From assembly GCA_963707985.1 (NCBI GenBank), contig CAVPRW010000010.1, positions 96,001 through 160,000 of the forward strand: a DNA stretch of 64,000 nt. Reading direction: 5' to 3'. Below, piece by piece: positions 18,432 to 29,679 of the stretch (the stretch's first letter is position 1; every line of letters starts with the position of its first letter). Source of the stretch: an uncultured Nitrospinota bacterium (lineage in GTDB: Bacteria > Tectomicrobia > Entotheonellia > J063 > CAVPRW01). The notes beneath the pieces were generated by a model. That model was not told the origin of the DNA, ran no database searches, and was given only the letters and a program-made list of their open reading frames with translations. A program made the translations under genes and the position numbers.

Positions 18432-20445
18432 TCAAAAGAAAACATAGGCTGTGACGATGACGAATAAGCCCAGAACCATCGCCAACACATAATTCTGCAC
18501 GAACCCCGTCTGCAACAGCCGAAACGCCCGGGCGCCGAACTGGATGACCACCGATAGACCGTTCACCGAGCCATCGATGGTCTGTTGGTCAAACCGGCCG
18601 GATTCCTCACTGCTTTGGATAATCAGCTGACTCGCGCCGTTGACGGCGCCATCGACGACGCGCTCGTCGAATCCCCAGAGGAAATTCGCCAACGCCTTGC
18701 TACCGCGGACAAAAATAAACTCGTAGAGCTCATCCACCCAATATTTATTCAGTAAAAGCTCGTAGATGTCCCTGTATTTCGCCGCCAGACGGTCGGGGAT
18801 ATCGGTACGTTTGGTGTACATGAACCAGGCCAACCCCCAGCCGAGCACACCGACCATCACGGAAATGATCATCAGCAGGAGGTCCAGGGCGTGAAATGCT
18901 GCCGCCACCTGCATGCGCTTCCACCGTGCTCGCCGCTTCGGCGACTCCACTGGCCGTGTGAATCACCCCATGACCAACGACAGCCCCGAGGAAATCGATG
19001 AATCCATCCATGCTCAGGGGGAACCCCTAAAATCAAGCCGCCTACGACCGACAGTATGGCCAGGATGATCAACGGAACGGTCATAATCGGGGGGGATTCA
19101 TGCACATGATGGAGGACTTCATGATCGACACGAGATGTGCCATAGAAGGTCATGTAGATCAGACGAGACATATAAAAGGCGGTCATAAACGCCCCAAGCA
19201 CCCCGATGAACCAGAGCAAATAGTGTCCCGATTTGAAGGCATCGGTGAGAATACCGTCCTTACTCCAAAACCCGGCAAAGGGTGGGATGCCAGCGATGGC
19301 GATAGCGCCACGTTAAGAAGACCCGCCCACGTAATCCGCAAGTGTGGCTTCAGTCCCCCCATCTTGCGCATGTCCTGCTCCCCGCTGAGGGCGTGGATGA
19401 CGCTGCCCGAGGCCAGAAAGAGCAGCCCCTTAAAGAAGGCGTGAGTGACCAGATGAAAGATCGCCGCGATGAAGCCGCCGACCCCGGCACCAAGGAACAT
19501 ATAGCCCAACTGACTGACGGTCGAATAGGCCAGGACCCGCTTGATGTCGTTCTGCACCAAACCGATGCTGGCGGCGAAGATCGCCGTCAGACCACCGATA
19601 ATCGCCACAAATTCGGCGGAGATCGGCGCCAACTGGTACAAGACGTGACTACGAACCACCATATACACCCCGGCCGTCACCATGGTCGCCGCGTGGATGA
19701 GCGCGCTTACCGGTGTCGGCCCTTCCATGGCATCTGGCAACCAGACGTAGAGCGGGATTTGAGCCGATTTCCCCATGGCCCCGACGAACAGGCAGAGGGT
19801 AATGGCGGTGAGGATCGCCGTGCTGGCTTCCGGGGCACGTTGAAAGACGTCCAGGTAGGTGAAGGTGCCGAAGGTCGTGTACATCAAAAACACGCCAAGC
19901 AGGAAACCTGCGTCGCCGACCCGATTGACGACAAAGGCCTTCTTGCCTGCGTCGGCGGCCGATTTACGTTCAAACCAAAAGCCGATGAGCAAGTAGGAAC
20001 TAAGGCCGACGCCCTCCCAGCCCACGAACATCACCAGGTAGTTGTTGCCGGTAATGAGCACCAACATAAAGAACATGAACAGATTCAGATACGCGAAAAA
20101 CCGATAGTAGCCAGGGTCGCCATGCATGTACCCGATGGAGTATATGTGGATGAGAAACCCCACACCCGTGACCACCAGAAGCATCATGGCGCTCAGCGGG
20201 TCAGCCAAGAATCCCATTTGAACATTCAGAGGACCGACGACTAACCAATCGAAGAGAATGACCTGGACAGCTCTGGGATCCGCGACAATATCGCCAATCA
20301 CCAGTAAGGCGAAAAACAATGATAACGCCGTGGAGAGGATGGCAGGAATATGCGCTTTGTCACGGATGTAGCGCCGTCCCCAAAACCCATTCACCATGGC
20401 GCCGAGGAGTGGAAATAAAGGTACAATCCAGATCAGCTTGGCCAT
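18432..20445 (-). CDS. nuoL: NADH-quinone oxidoreductase subunit L, copy 2 (about four +1 insertions near 19325, 19311, 18992, 18895)
   Basis: GWEGVG, GKSAQIPLYVWLPDAMEGPTPVSALIHAATMV, THAFFK; reconstructed across ORFs 19183-20445, 18872-19219, 18745-19011 and 18432-18950. Confidence 0.92.
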
Positions 20446-20502
20446 TACGGCATCCTTCGTACCGAGATCGGCACCGTCTCTTACCTCCTGGCTGAGTGCG
20501 CG

Positions 20503-20805
20503 TTACCATTTCAGCAAATTGATCTCATCCACATTCAGACTCTCGCGCCCACGATAGAGGGAGATCACGATGGCCAGTCCAATCGTGGCTTCTGCTGCGG
20601 CGACAGTGATGACGAAGATGGCGAAAATCTGCCCGGTGAACTGGTCCAGAAAACGGGAGAACGCCACCACGGTGATGTTGACGGCATTGAACATCAACTC
20701 GATCGACAATAGGATGATCACGGCATTGCGTCGGGTCAGCACCCCCCAGACGCCGATGAAAAAGATAATAGCTCCCAGCGTCAGGTAATGTGATAACGGA
20801 ACCAC
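20503..20805 (-). CDS. nuoK: NADH-quinone oxidoreductase subunit K, copy 2
   Basis: [22 protein letters not shown]. Confidence 0.95.
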   Translation of the reverse strand: MVPLSHYLTLGAIIFFIGVWGVLTRRNAVIILLSIELMFNAVNITVVAFSRFLDQFTGQIFAIFVITVAAAEATIGLAIVISLYRGRESLNVDEINLLKW

Positions 20806-20889
20806 GGCACCTCTCCCTCACAGCAACGAGTTACGATGCTGCTGCCCCTCATGCGCTCACGTCCGCCGGGAACCGGCAGTCACCGGCCT

Positions 20890-21420
20890 TTATCCGCGCC
20901 TCTCTGTGGTGGCCATATCCCCACGCGCCAGCACCACCGCCCCAATCAAAGCGGCCAGCAAGAGGATTGCTGCAACCTCGAACAACAGGAGATAATCGGT
21001 CAGCAGCAGATTGGCTAGTGTCTGCAGGCCACCTTTGCCCAAGGTTTCGGTGGGCATTTCCTGCATGAGTGGAAAGTTTCCTCGAACGTCCCTCAACAAC
21101 AGGAAAATCGTCTCTGCCGCCAAAGCCACGACCAGGATGGCGGCAAGCGGACGTTGGCCATGAAATTGCCGTAAAAACTGGGCCTGCATGACATTGATCA
21201 ACAGGATGGTAAAGACAAATAGCGCCATGATGGCGCCGACATAGAGAAGAATCTGTATAGCCGCTAGGAATTCAGCCCGTAGAATGATATAGATGGCGGA
21301 GACACAGAAAAAGGTGAGAATTAAGAAGAGGGCCGCATGCAAGACATTCTTATTGGTGACCACCATCACGGCCGAGCCGATCGCGACCCCGGCGAAGATG
21401 TAGAAGAAGAGCAGTTCCAT
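20890..21420 (-). CDS. nuoJ: NADH-quinone oxidoreductase subunit J, copy 2
   Basis: AEFLAAIQILLYVGAIMALF; YLLLFEVAAILLLAALIGAV. Confidence 0.93.
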   Translation of the reverse strand: MELLFFYIFAGVAIGSAVMVVTNKNVLHAALFLILTFFCVSAIYIILRAEFLAAIQILLYVGAIMALFVFTILLINVMQAQFLRQFHGQRPLAAILVVALAAETIFLLLRDVRGNFPLMQEMPTETLGKGGLQTLANLLLTDYLLLFEVAAILLLAALIGAVVLARGDMATTERRG

Positions 21421-21475
21421 GGCGTGCGTTTCTCCACGTCAGCGTGCAGCTCCGAGTCCGCGCAAAACGTCGCGT

Positions 21476-21504
21476 AACTTATCATAGCCCCTACCGCACT
21501 GCAA
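21476..21504 (-). promoter_or_regulatory. Candidate internal promoter for the second nuoJKLMN cassette
   Basis: Minus strand TTGCAG-17 bp-TAAGTT with TG extension in the 109-nt gap between nuoN copy 1 and nuoJ copy 2. Confidence 0.45.
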
Positions 21505-21529
21505 GCGTTTTTCCGTCGCCGAGGGGCAG

Positions 21530-22987
21530 TTATTGACTGAATAATCCCTGCGCCGCGGCTTGTGCCAGACCAAGCAACCGAGACGGGAAGAGTCCGAGCT
21601 GAATCGTGCCTAGCATCGTTAGCACCAAGGCCATGAGCAAGAAGGGATCGAGTTGCATTCTCGGCACATCGGCTTTGGCTTCCTCCATATACATGAAGAC
21701 GATAGGACGCAGGTAATAGTAGAGGGAGATCAGGCTGTTAACGACCCCGATCACCGTCAAGACAACGTATCCCTGTTCCACTGCCGCGCTGAACACGTAG
21801 AACTTGGCCATGAACCCCGCTGTCGGCGGCAACCCCGACAGGGAGAACATGAATAAGGCCATGGCGACCCCCAACAACGGGTAGCGAAAGCCAAGTCCGC
21901 TGTAGTCGTCCAGGTGGAGATAACGATCCTCCCGCTGTTCCAAGGCGACCACGACGGCGAAGGCCCCGAGGTTCATGAAGGCATAGGCGAGGAGATAATA
22001 CAACAGACCGGCGAGCCCCGCCGGTCCACCAGCCACCAAGGCGATGAGCAGGTATCCAGCATGTGCGATGCTTGAATAAGCCAGCATCCGTTTGATGTTC
22101 TGCTGGGCGATGGCCGCCAGATTACCCACGGTCATGGTCACCACCGCCATCCCCCAGAAGATCGGCGCCCAGTTGTCCTGTAAATCACCAAGCGCCATCA
22201 CAAACACCCGCGCCAGTGCCGCAAAGGCAGCCGCCTTCACGGCGGTCGACATGAAGGCGGTGACGGGCGTTGGCGCTCCCTCGTAGACGTCCGGCGTCCA
22301 CATGTGGAAGGGGACGGCCGCGATCTTAAAACCAAAGCCCACGACTAGCAGCCCCATGCCGATGGTCATCAACGGGTGATAGGTGAGCCCACCCTCGCGG
22401 ATGGCCGTGACGAGGCCGGCCAGATTCGTCGTCCCGGTGGCACCATATAACAGCGCAATGCCGTAAAGCAAGAAGCCGGTGGCAAAGGCGCCCAGTAAAA
22501 AATACTTCATCGCCGCTTCGCTCGACTTCAGGACATTGTGTCGCATGCCAGCCAAGATGTACTGCGCCAGGGACAGAATCTCCAGGCCGAGGAAGATAAT
22601 CAGTAGGTCGCCACCGGATGCCATCAACATGGCGCCCAACAGCGCGAACAGGATGAGTGCGTAATACTCGCCCAGTTCCAAGCCCTCTGCAGCCGCGTAG
22701 CGGATCGACAGGAGGATCGTGATAAACCCCACGAACAGAAAAATGCCCTGAAACAGCAGGGCAACCATATCGACAATGATCATACCCCCGAACAGCTCCG
22801 CACCACTGCCCCATAAGCGCACCGCTGCCCAGAAAGCCAGGCCGACGCCAATCAGCGCGATCAGACCTGAGTTCGCGGGCTGTCCTGGCGGTGAGAACAG
22901 ATCGACCATCAGGACGATGATGGCGAATGCACCCACGAGGAGCCCAGGTAAGATCCCGATCAGCCCTATGCCGTCCACAGTGCTCAT
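21530..22987 (-). CDS. nuoN: NADH-quinone oxidoreductase subunit N, copy 1
   Basis: [38 protein letters not shown]. Confidence 0.95.
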   Translation of the reverse strand: MSTVDGIGLIGILPGLLVGAFAIIVLMVDLFSPPGQPANSGLIALIGVGLAFWAAVRLWGSGAELFGGMIIVDMVALLFQGIFLFVGFITILLSIRYAAAEGLELGEYYALILFALLGAMLMASGGDLLIIFLGLEILSLAQYILAGMRHNVLKSSEAAMKYFLLGAFATGFLLYGIALLYGATGTTNLAGLVTAIREGGLTYHPLMTIGMGLLVVGFGFKIAAVPFHMWTPDVYEGAPTPVTAFMSTAVKAAAFAALARVFVMALGDLQDNWAPIFWGMAVVTMTVGNLAAIAQQNIKRMLAYSSIAHAGYLLIALVAGGPAGLAGLLYYLLAYAFMNLGAFAVVVALEQREDRYLHLDDYSGLGFRYPLLGVAMALFMFSLSGLPPTAGFMAKFYVFSAAVEQGYVVLTVIGVVNSLISLYYYLRPIVFMYMEEAKADVPRMQLDPFLLMALVLTMLGTIQLGLFPSRLLGLAQAAAQGLFSQ

Positions 22988-24618
22988 CCTTCTGTCTCCG
23001 ACCCCAGGGGTCGTGGCACCCGGCAGGTCTCCGGTGCAAGCCCGCGGCGATGCGAGACCTTGAACGGCGTCCCCAGCCCCCTCCGGCCTCTTTCCGGACA
23101 GCGTACCTCCCGGGTTCGCGCCGCGCCATGCTGCGCTACGGTCACGAGGCGCTCGACGGTGGCCCTGGTGGATGCTTCCATACGCTTCAAGAAGGGCTGA
23201 GGATACAAGCCGATCCAGAGTATCACGAGCACGACGGGCACTAAGACGGCGACCTCGCGCAGAGTCAAGTCCTTCAGATGCAGATTCGCTTCGTGAACCA
23301 CCTCGCCGAACATGACGCGCTGATACATCCAGAGCATATACACCGCCGCCAAAATCACCCCCAGCGCGCCGATGATCGCGAAAGTGGAGATCGTTTGGAA
23401 GGCGCCCAAAAGCACCAGGAATTCACCGACGAAGCCATTGAGACCTGGAAGCCCGATGGAGGACAGTGACACGACAAGGAAGAACGCTGCAAACATCGGC
23501 ATGACTTTCGCCAAGCCCCCAAAATCGTCGATCAACCGCGTATGGCGTCGATCGTAGATCATCCCCACCAGCAGAAAGAGCGCGCCAGTACTCAAGCCGT
23601 GGTTGATCATTTGCAGGACCGCGCCATCGAGCCCCTGGCTGTTAAATGCGAAAATCCCCAGCATGACAAAGCCGAGATGGCTGACGCTGGAATAGGCCAC
23701 TAACTTTTTGATGTCAACTTGCACCAGCGCCATCAAGGCACCATAAATGATGCCGATCACCGCCAGTAGAGCGACGATGGGTGTGGCATCGAGGGAGGCG
23801 TCGGGAAAGAGAGGTAGGCAGAAGCGCACAAACCCATATGTCCCCATCTTGAGTAACACACCCGCGAGGATAACGCTCCCCGCCGTGGGGGCTTCGACGT
23901 GGGCATCCGGCAGCCACGTATGAAACGGAAATAACGGCACTTTAATGGCAAACGCCAGGAAGAACGCTAAGAATAGCCAGCGTTGAATGCTTAATGGCAG
24001 CTCCAGTTGCAGGAGTTGGAGGAGGTTGAACGTGGCCTCGCCGGTGGCCTGGCGATGTAAGAAATACAGGGCGAGGATCGCTACCAGCATCAGCAGGCTG
24101 CCGGCCATGGTGTAGATGATGAACTTGATGGCCGCGTATATCCGCCGTGGGCCACCCCAGATGCCGATTAAGAAATACATGGGAATCAGCGTCGCTTCCC
24201 AAAAAACGTAGAACAGAAACAGATCGATGGCCGCAAAAACCCCCACCATGCCGCTTTCCAGGAACAGCATACAAATCATGAACTCGCGACTGCGGGCTTG
24301 GATACTGTCCCAGGAGGCCAGCAGGGTTAGCGGGGTGAGGAAGGTCGTCAAGACAATGAGTAACAGGCTGATGCCATCGACCCCCACCTCGTAGCTGATA
24401 CCGAGAGCTGGAATCCAGTCATAGCGTTCGAAAAACTGCATGGTAGCTGTGGATGAATCGAACATGAAAAAGGGGATGAGGGAGATGAGGAAGGTGAGGG
24501 TCGAGGTGATCAGGGCCATGCGCTTTACGAGGTCCTCGCTAGCGATCAGGAAGGCGAGCATAGCCCCTAGAGCTGGGAGGAAAATAATCGTGCTGAGAAC
24601 CGGAAACAGCAGTTCCAT
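22984..24618 (-). CDS. nuoM: NADH-quinone oxidoreductase subunit M, copy 1
   Basis: [35 protein letters not shown] overlap with nuoN. Confidence 0.95.
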   Translation of the reverse strand: MELLFPVLSTIIFLPALGAMLAFLIASEDLVKRMALITSTLTFLISLIPFFMFDSSTATMQFFERYDWIPALGISYEVGVDGISLLLIVLTTFLTPLTLLASWDSIQARSREFMICMLFLESGMVGVFAAIDLFLFYVFWEATLIPMYFLIGIWGGPRRIYAAIKFIIYTMAGSLLMLVAILALYFLHRQATGEATFNLLQLLQLELPLSIQRWLFLAFFLAFAIKVPLFPFHTWLPDAHVEAPTAGSVILAGVLLKMGTYGFVRFCLPLFPDASLDATPIVALLAVIGIIYGALMALVQVDIKKLVAYSSVSHLGFVMLGIFAFNSQGLDGAVLQMINHGLSTGALFLLVGMIYDRRHTRLIDDFGGLAKVMPMFAAFFLVVSLSSIGLPGLNGFVGEFLVLLGAFQTISTFAIIGALGVILAAVYMLWMYQRVMFGEVVHEANLHLKDLTLREVAVLVPVVLVILWIGLYPQPFLKRMEASTRATVERLVTVAQHGAARTREVRCPERGRRGLGTPFKVSHRRGLAPETCRVPRPLGSETEG

Positions 24619-24669
24619 GGCATCGCCATTCTGCCCCCTCTCCGGTGCCGGCGAGCGGGGGCAAGGGAG

Positions 24670-26593
24670 CTAGCGGATCATGAGGTATCCAATGACCACG
24701 ACCGCACCGAGGAAGATCGACAACGCATAGTTGCGCACAAAGCCAGACTCCACCCGACTCAGCCAGGCGCTGTCCTGACGCACGAACTTTCCCGCCTGAT
24801 TGACGGTACTATCGACGATGCCCATATCTACCCGCGTCCACAGCCATGCGGCGCCGCGTTTGAGGGGCTCGACGATCAGCCGATCGTAAATCTCGTCCAC
24901 GTAGTATTTCTCGACCAACAGACGATAGACCCCATGAAATTGCGTGCTGATGCGCTCCGGCAAGGTGGTGTCTATCAGGTACATATACATTGCCAACAGG
25001 ATGCCCCCGATGGCCATCGCCAGCGAGATGAGCAACATCACCAACTCCAATCCAGGGCTATGGAGCGTATGGCTTAAGGCTTCAGGCGGGAGAGGATAGC
25101 GCGTGAACACCGGCTCGAGATAGGCTCGGATAAGGTGGGCCCCTTCGATGATGGGCATGCCGATGAACCCCGCCACTACCGACAGGCCGGCCAGAATCAG
25201 CAGGGGCACTCTCATGGCTGATGGGGCTTCGTGGGGGTGATGTGCCATCCCGGCGCTGGCACTCGGCTCCCGGTGGAACACGAGGAACACCAGGCGAAAC
25301 ATATAGAACGAAGTCATCACCGCGACGATGGCTGCGAGGAGCCAGATCAGGAGGTTCCCCTCAGTCAGCGCCATCCAGAGAATCTCATCCTTACTGAAAA
25401 AGCCCGCAAACGGGAACACCCCGGCGATGGCCAGTGAGGCGACCAGAAAGGTCATATACGTGATCGGCATATGGTCTTTCAGGCCTCCCATGCGGCGGAT
25501 ATCCTGCTCGCCGTCGAGGGCATGGATAACACTTCCTGCGCCCAGGAACAGCAAGGCCTTGAAGCAGGCATGCGTGGTCAGATGGAAGATGCCTGTGGTA
25601 AAGGCTCCCACCCCACACGCCACGAACATGTATCCGAGCTGACTGATGGTCGAATACGCCAGAACGCGCTTGATATCGGTCTGCACCAGGGCGATCGACG
25701 CCGCCAGCAAGGCCGTTAAGAGCCCAACGATGAGCACGACGACCATCGCTCCTGGGGCCAGGAGGTACAACACCGAGCAACGCGCCACCATATAGACGCC
25801 GGCGGTCACCATGGTAGCGGCATGGATCAAGGCGCTCACTGGCGTGGGGCCTTCCATGGCATCGGGCAGCCACACATACAATGGAATCTGCGCCGACTTG
25901 CCGGTCGCGCCCAGAAAGAGCAGAAGAGCGATAGCGGTGGCCACCGTCCCGCCTGGAACTAGCCGCTGTGTGGCAGTGCCGAACACCGCATCGAATTGGA
26001 TGCTGCCGAAGGTACTGAAGATGAGAAAGACCCCCAAGATAAATCCGAAATCTCCCACTCGATTGACGATGAAGGCCTTCTTCCCGGCATCCGCGGCCGC
26101 CTGCCGGGTGAACCAGAAGCCAATCAATAGGTAGGAACACAACCCCACCCCTTCCCATCCCAGGAACATCAGCAGGAAGTTGTTCCCCATGACCAGGAGG
26201 AGCATGGAGAAGATGAACAAATTCAGATAGGCAAAATAGCGCTGAAAGCCTTCATCAGCATGCATATAGCTGATGGAGTAAATATGAATGAGCAGACCCC
26301 ACCCCGGTGACCACCAGAATCATCACCGCTGACAGCGGATCCAGCAGGAACCCCATCGCTGCCTGAAAATCGCCCGAAGTCACCCACTGATAAATCACCA
26401 CTTCCACCGCCCGACCCTGATGGGGTAGGCTGAACAGCGTGAAAAAGGCAATCAACGAGCAGAAGAAGGACAGCCCCACCGCGCCACAGGCGATATAGGC
26501 GACGCTGGTCTCCGACAGATGACGCCGCCAGAGCCCGTTGATCAGACTGCCCAGCAGCGGCCAGAGGGGAATGAGCCAGAGGTTGCGCAGCAT
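24670..26593 (-). CDS. nuoL: NADH-quinone oxidoreductase subunit L, copy 1 (one +1 frameshift near 26298)
   Basis: MLRNLWLIPLWP...LDPLS, then IHIYSISYM..GKSAQIPLYVWLPDAMEGP after removing one G from a GGGG run. Confidence 0.93.
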
Positions 26594-26604
26594 GCCTCCC
26601 GCAC

Positions 26605-26907
26605 CTATCCTTTCATGAGATTCACGTCGTCGACGTCCACGCTGTCCCGCTGTCGAAACAGGGAGATGACAATCGCCAACCCGACAGCCGCTTCGGCCGC
26701 GGCCACAGTGAAAATGAACATCACGAACATGTGGCCATCGGGAGCATTCCACAAACGGGCAAAGGCCACGAACGAAAGATTGACGGCATTGAGCATCAGC
26801 TCGATGGACATGAAGATAATGAGCGCACTGCGCCGGAGCAGTACACCCATCACCCCGATCAGAAAGAGCATGGCGCTGAGCACGAGGTAATTGGCGATCG
26901 GCACCAT
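26605..26907 (-). CDS. nuoK: NADH-quinone oxidoreductase subunit K, copy 1
   Basis: [20 protein letters not shown]. Confidence 0.95.
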   Translation of the reverse strand: MVPIANYLVLSAMLFLIGVMGVLLRRSALIIFMSIELMLNAVNLSFVAFARLWNAPDGHMFVMFIFTVAAAEAAVGLAIVISLFRQRDSVDVDDVNLMKG

Positions 26908-26916
26908 GGGAACTCC

Positions 26917-27423
26917 TTACCAGCGGCGCCTCGACAGCACAATGGCGCCAATCAGAGCGATAAAGAGGAGGACCGCTGCGAGTTGTAACGGAAAGAAGTA
27001 GCTGGCAAATAAGGCTCGCCCAAGTGCCACGGCCGTCCCAAAGTCCGGGGGCGGGGGAGGTGCGGCCGCCACCATGTCATTGATAGCTCCCGAGCGCAGC
27101 ACCAGAAGCGTCTCGACGAGGAAGATCACCCCCAGGAGTATCCCCAGGGATTTTTGCAGTTTCACACGGCTTGGAGCCGCCTCCACGCGGCGGATGTCAA
27201 GCAGCATGATGACAAACAAAAACAGCACCATGATCGCGCCGGCATAGACGATGACCTGAATCACTGCTAGGAAGTGGGCACTGAGCAGCAGAAACAAACC
27301 AGCCAGACTGAGGAGTGTGATGATCAGGAAGAGTGCACTATGGACGGGGTTGCGCTGGGTAATCACCATGGCGGCGGCAATCAATGCGATCACCGCCAAC
27401 AACCAAAAGAGCAGCGTTTCCAT
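26917..27423 (-). CDS. nuoJ: NADH-quinone oxidoreductase subunit J, copy 1
   Basis: NPVHSAL, QVIVYAGAIMVLFLFVIMLL. Confidence 0.93.
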   Translation of the reverse strand: METLLFWLLAVIALIAAAMVITQRNPVHSALFLIITLLSLAGLFLLLSAHFLAVIQVIVYAGAIMVLFLFVIMLLDIRRVEAAPSRVKLQKSLGILLGVIFLVETLLVLRSGAINDMVAAAPPPPPDFGTAVALGRALFASYFFPLQLAAVLLFIALIGAIVLSRRRW

Positions 27424-27477
27424 GCCAGCCCCACTATCCACACCGTCCCAGGCCTACCGTCGTCGTCACATCCCGCA

Positions 27478-28749
27478 CTAGGCCGCTGCCACACACCGGC
27501 GCTGCAGAATATGCTGCTCGAAATCATCTCGGAATAACTTGATCATGCTTTCCACGGGCGTCACGGCAGCATCCCCGAATGGACAAAAGGTCTTGCCTTT
27601 GATGTTATCCGACACATCAAGTAGGAGGTCGATATCCTCAAGGCGCCCTTGACCATCTTCGATGCGATGTAAGGTCTTGACAAACCATCCGGTGCCTTCG
27701 CGACAGGGCGTGCATTTCCCGCAGGATTCATGCCAGTAGAAATGCAGCAAATTCAGTGCTGCTGACACCATGCAGGTGGTCTCGTCCATGACGATCACCC
27801 CCGCCGAGCCCAGGAGGGAGCCCGTCTGTTGCAGCGACTCGAAATCCATTTTCACTTCCAGATGCTGTTCGCCTAGGACCGGGACCGATGAGCCTCCGGG
27901 GATGACGGCTTTGAAACGATGCCCATCGCGGATGCCCCCGGCGTGCTCGAAGATCAATTCGCGCAGCGGCACCCCCATCGGCAATTCGTAAACTCCTCGG
28001 CGCCTGACATGGCCGCTGACGCTGAACAAACGAGGCCCAGGACTCCTTTCGGTGCCCATCGAGGTATACCACTCCGCGCCGTGTGCGACGATATGCGGCA
28101 GATTGCATAACGTTTCCACATTGTTGATGACCGTCGGGCAGCCATACAGCCCGACGGTTGCCGGAAACGGTGGTTTCAGGCGTGGCTGTCCGCGTTTGCC
28201 CTCGAGCGACTCCAGAAGGGCCGTCTCTTCACCACAGATATATGCCCCAGCCCCGACAAACAGAATAATGTCCAGGTCCATACCCGTGCCAAGTAGGTTC
28301 TTACCCAGGCACCCCGCCGCATATGCCTCATCGATGGCCTCTTGTAAGCGCTTGGCCCCAAGGGTCATCTCGCCACGGATGTAGATGAAGGCCGTCCGCA
28401 CGTGTAGCGCATGGCAGGCGATGATCATACCCGCAACGATCTGATGCGGCGTGCGTTCGATGAGGAGCCGATCTTTGAAGGTCCCAGGCTCGCTCTCATC
28501 GGCGTTACACACCAGGTAGGTGGGCTTGGGAAGATTTTTGGGAACGAAGCTCCATTTCATGCCGGTGGGAAAGCCAGCGCCTCCCCGTCCGCGCAAACCA
28601 GATTTCTTCACCAGTTCGATAAGCTCGTCCGGTTGGTACGCTGTGATGGCTTTAGCGGCTGCTTCGAACCCCTCTTGGGCGTGAGCACTGCGCAGTGTCC
28701 AAGAGTTGGGCAGATCAATAGATTTCGTCAGAATGTGGAGTAGTTCCAT
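27478..28749 (-). CDS. nuoF: NADH-quinone oxidoreductase subunit F
   Basis: GRGGAGFPTGMKW, NADESEPGTFKD, GAGAYICGEETAL, ESCGKCTPCREG...CPFGD. Confidence 0.96.
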   Translation of the reverse strand: MELLHILTKSIDLPNSWTLRSAHAQEGFEAAAKAITAYQPDELIELVKKSGLRGRGGAGFPTGMKWSFVPKNLPKPTYLVCNADESEPGTFKDRLLIERTPHQIVAGMIIACHALHVRTAFIYIRGEMTLGAKRLQEAIDEAYAAGCLGKNLLGTGMDLDIILFVGAGAYICGEETALLESLEGKRGQPRLKPPFPATVGLYGCPTVINNVETLCNLPHIVAHGAEWYTSMGTERSPGPRLFSVSGHVRRRGVYELPMGVPLRELIFEHAGGIRDGHRFKAVIPGGSSVPVLGEQHLEVKMDFESLQQTGSLLGSAGVIVMDETTCMVSAALNLLHFYWHESCGKCTPCREGTGWFVKTLHRIEDGQGRLEDIDLLLDVSDNIKGKTFCPFGDAAVTPVESMIKLFRDDFEQHILQRRCVAAA

Positions 28750-29215
28750 GGGTACACTCGTTGATGATGGCATCGAGCTTGGCTCGATCCAGGTGAACTT
28801 TATAGACCTCATTGACCATCATGAGCGGGGCCACATGACAAGCAGCCAGACATTCCACCGTCTCGAGCGTGAACAGTTGATCCGGCGTAGTCTCGCCCGG
28901 CTTGATGCCCAACTTTTCCTGTATGCACGTGATGATCTCTTCAGCTCCCATGAGGGCGCAGGGCCAGGTCCTACATACTTGTAAAACGTACTTGCCCACT
29001 GGTTGGCGGTACAGCATGGTGTAAAAGGACGCCACGGAGTCGACGTAGGCTGGGGTCGTGCCGAGGATCTCTGCCGCCAGCTCAATGCCGGATTTGGTAA
29101 CGTAACCCTGCTGTTGCTGCACCAGATAAAGGATAGGGATGAGTGCCGAAAGACGCTGTGGGAACCGAGCGGCGATCGCCTCCATGCGCTCCCGCAGTTC
29201 GGTCTCTACTCCCAT
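28715..29215 (-). CDS. nuoE: NADH-quinone oxidoreductase subunit E
   Basis: MGVETELRERM..SALIPIL..VASFYTM..CRTWPC..ECLAAC [2Fe-2S] motif; start overlaps the nuoA stop. Confidence 0.93.
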   Translation of the reverse strand: MGVETELRERMEAIAARFPQRLSALIPILYLVQQQQGYVTKSGIELAAEILGTTPAYVDSVASFYTMLYRQPVGKYVLQVCRTWPCALMGAEEIITCIQEKLGIKPGETTPDQLFTLETVECLAACHVAPLMMVNEVYKVHLDRAKLDAIINECTHGTTPHSDEIY

Positions 29216-29565
29216 TGCAGTGCTCCACGCTTCCAGGCGTAGACGAGGCTCAGGGCAATGATCCCCAGGAAGATCGCCATGCCCAGGAAGGCCGGGCCCT
29301 TCACTTCCTTGAAGGCAACCGCCCATGGATAGAGGAAGGCGATTTCCACGTCGAAGATGATAAACTCCATACCAATGATGTAAAACCAGATGTTGAATCG
29401 TTCCCTGGCGTCGCCGACCGGCGGCATACCGCACTCATAGGGCGAGAGCTTTTCAGAATCGAGCCGCCGTGGTGTCAGCTTCGAGGGCAGCCAGAGTAAC
29501 ACGCTGGCCATACCGACGGCAATCATCAGTAGGATCGCAATGGGATAATAGCCCTCAACAACCAC
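29206..29565 (-). CDS. nuoA: NADH-quinone oxidoreductase subunit A
   Basis: PYECG, FIIFDVEIAFLYPWA, WKRGALQWE; AAGGAG RBS before GTG 29565. Confidence 0.95.
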   Translation of the reverse strand: MVVEGYYPIAILLMIAVGMASVLLWLPSKLTPRRLDSEKLSPYECGMPPVGDARERFNIWFYIIGMEFIIFDVEIAFLYPWAVAFKEVKGPAFLGMAIFLGIIALSLVYAWKRGALQWE

Positions 29566-29636
29566 CAGCTTCTCCTTCGCGACGCGGCTCGACTCCTCGC
29601 GCAAGTTCCCAGTGAGCTAGCCCTCAGAGCCGCAGT

Positions 29637-29666
29637 ATGCTAACAAAAAGGCGGGAAAAGTGTCAA
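29637..29666 (-). promoter_or_regulatory. Sigma70 promoter of the nuo locus
   Basis: Minus strand TTGACA-18 bp-TAGCAT with TG extension. Confidence 0.6.
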
Positions 29667-29679
29667 GACCTTTCCCGCC
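29645..29679 (-). terminator. Probable intrinsic terminator after thiE
   Basis: GGCGGGAAA..TTTCCCGCC stem followed by TTTTT on the minus strand. Confidence 0.6.

Noticed and set aside
18432..26593. nuoL copies as pseudogenes or programmed frameshifts
   Set aside because: All breaks are +1 insertions with intact flanking motifs and no slippery-site/stimulator pattern; the same pattern occurs in unrelated genes.
28715..29434. 239-aa NuoE with a long N-terminal extension
   Set aside because: The extension overlaps nuoA in another frame; the plausible start is ATG 29215.
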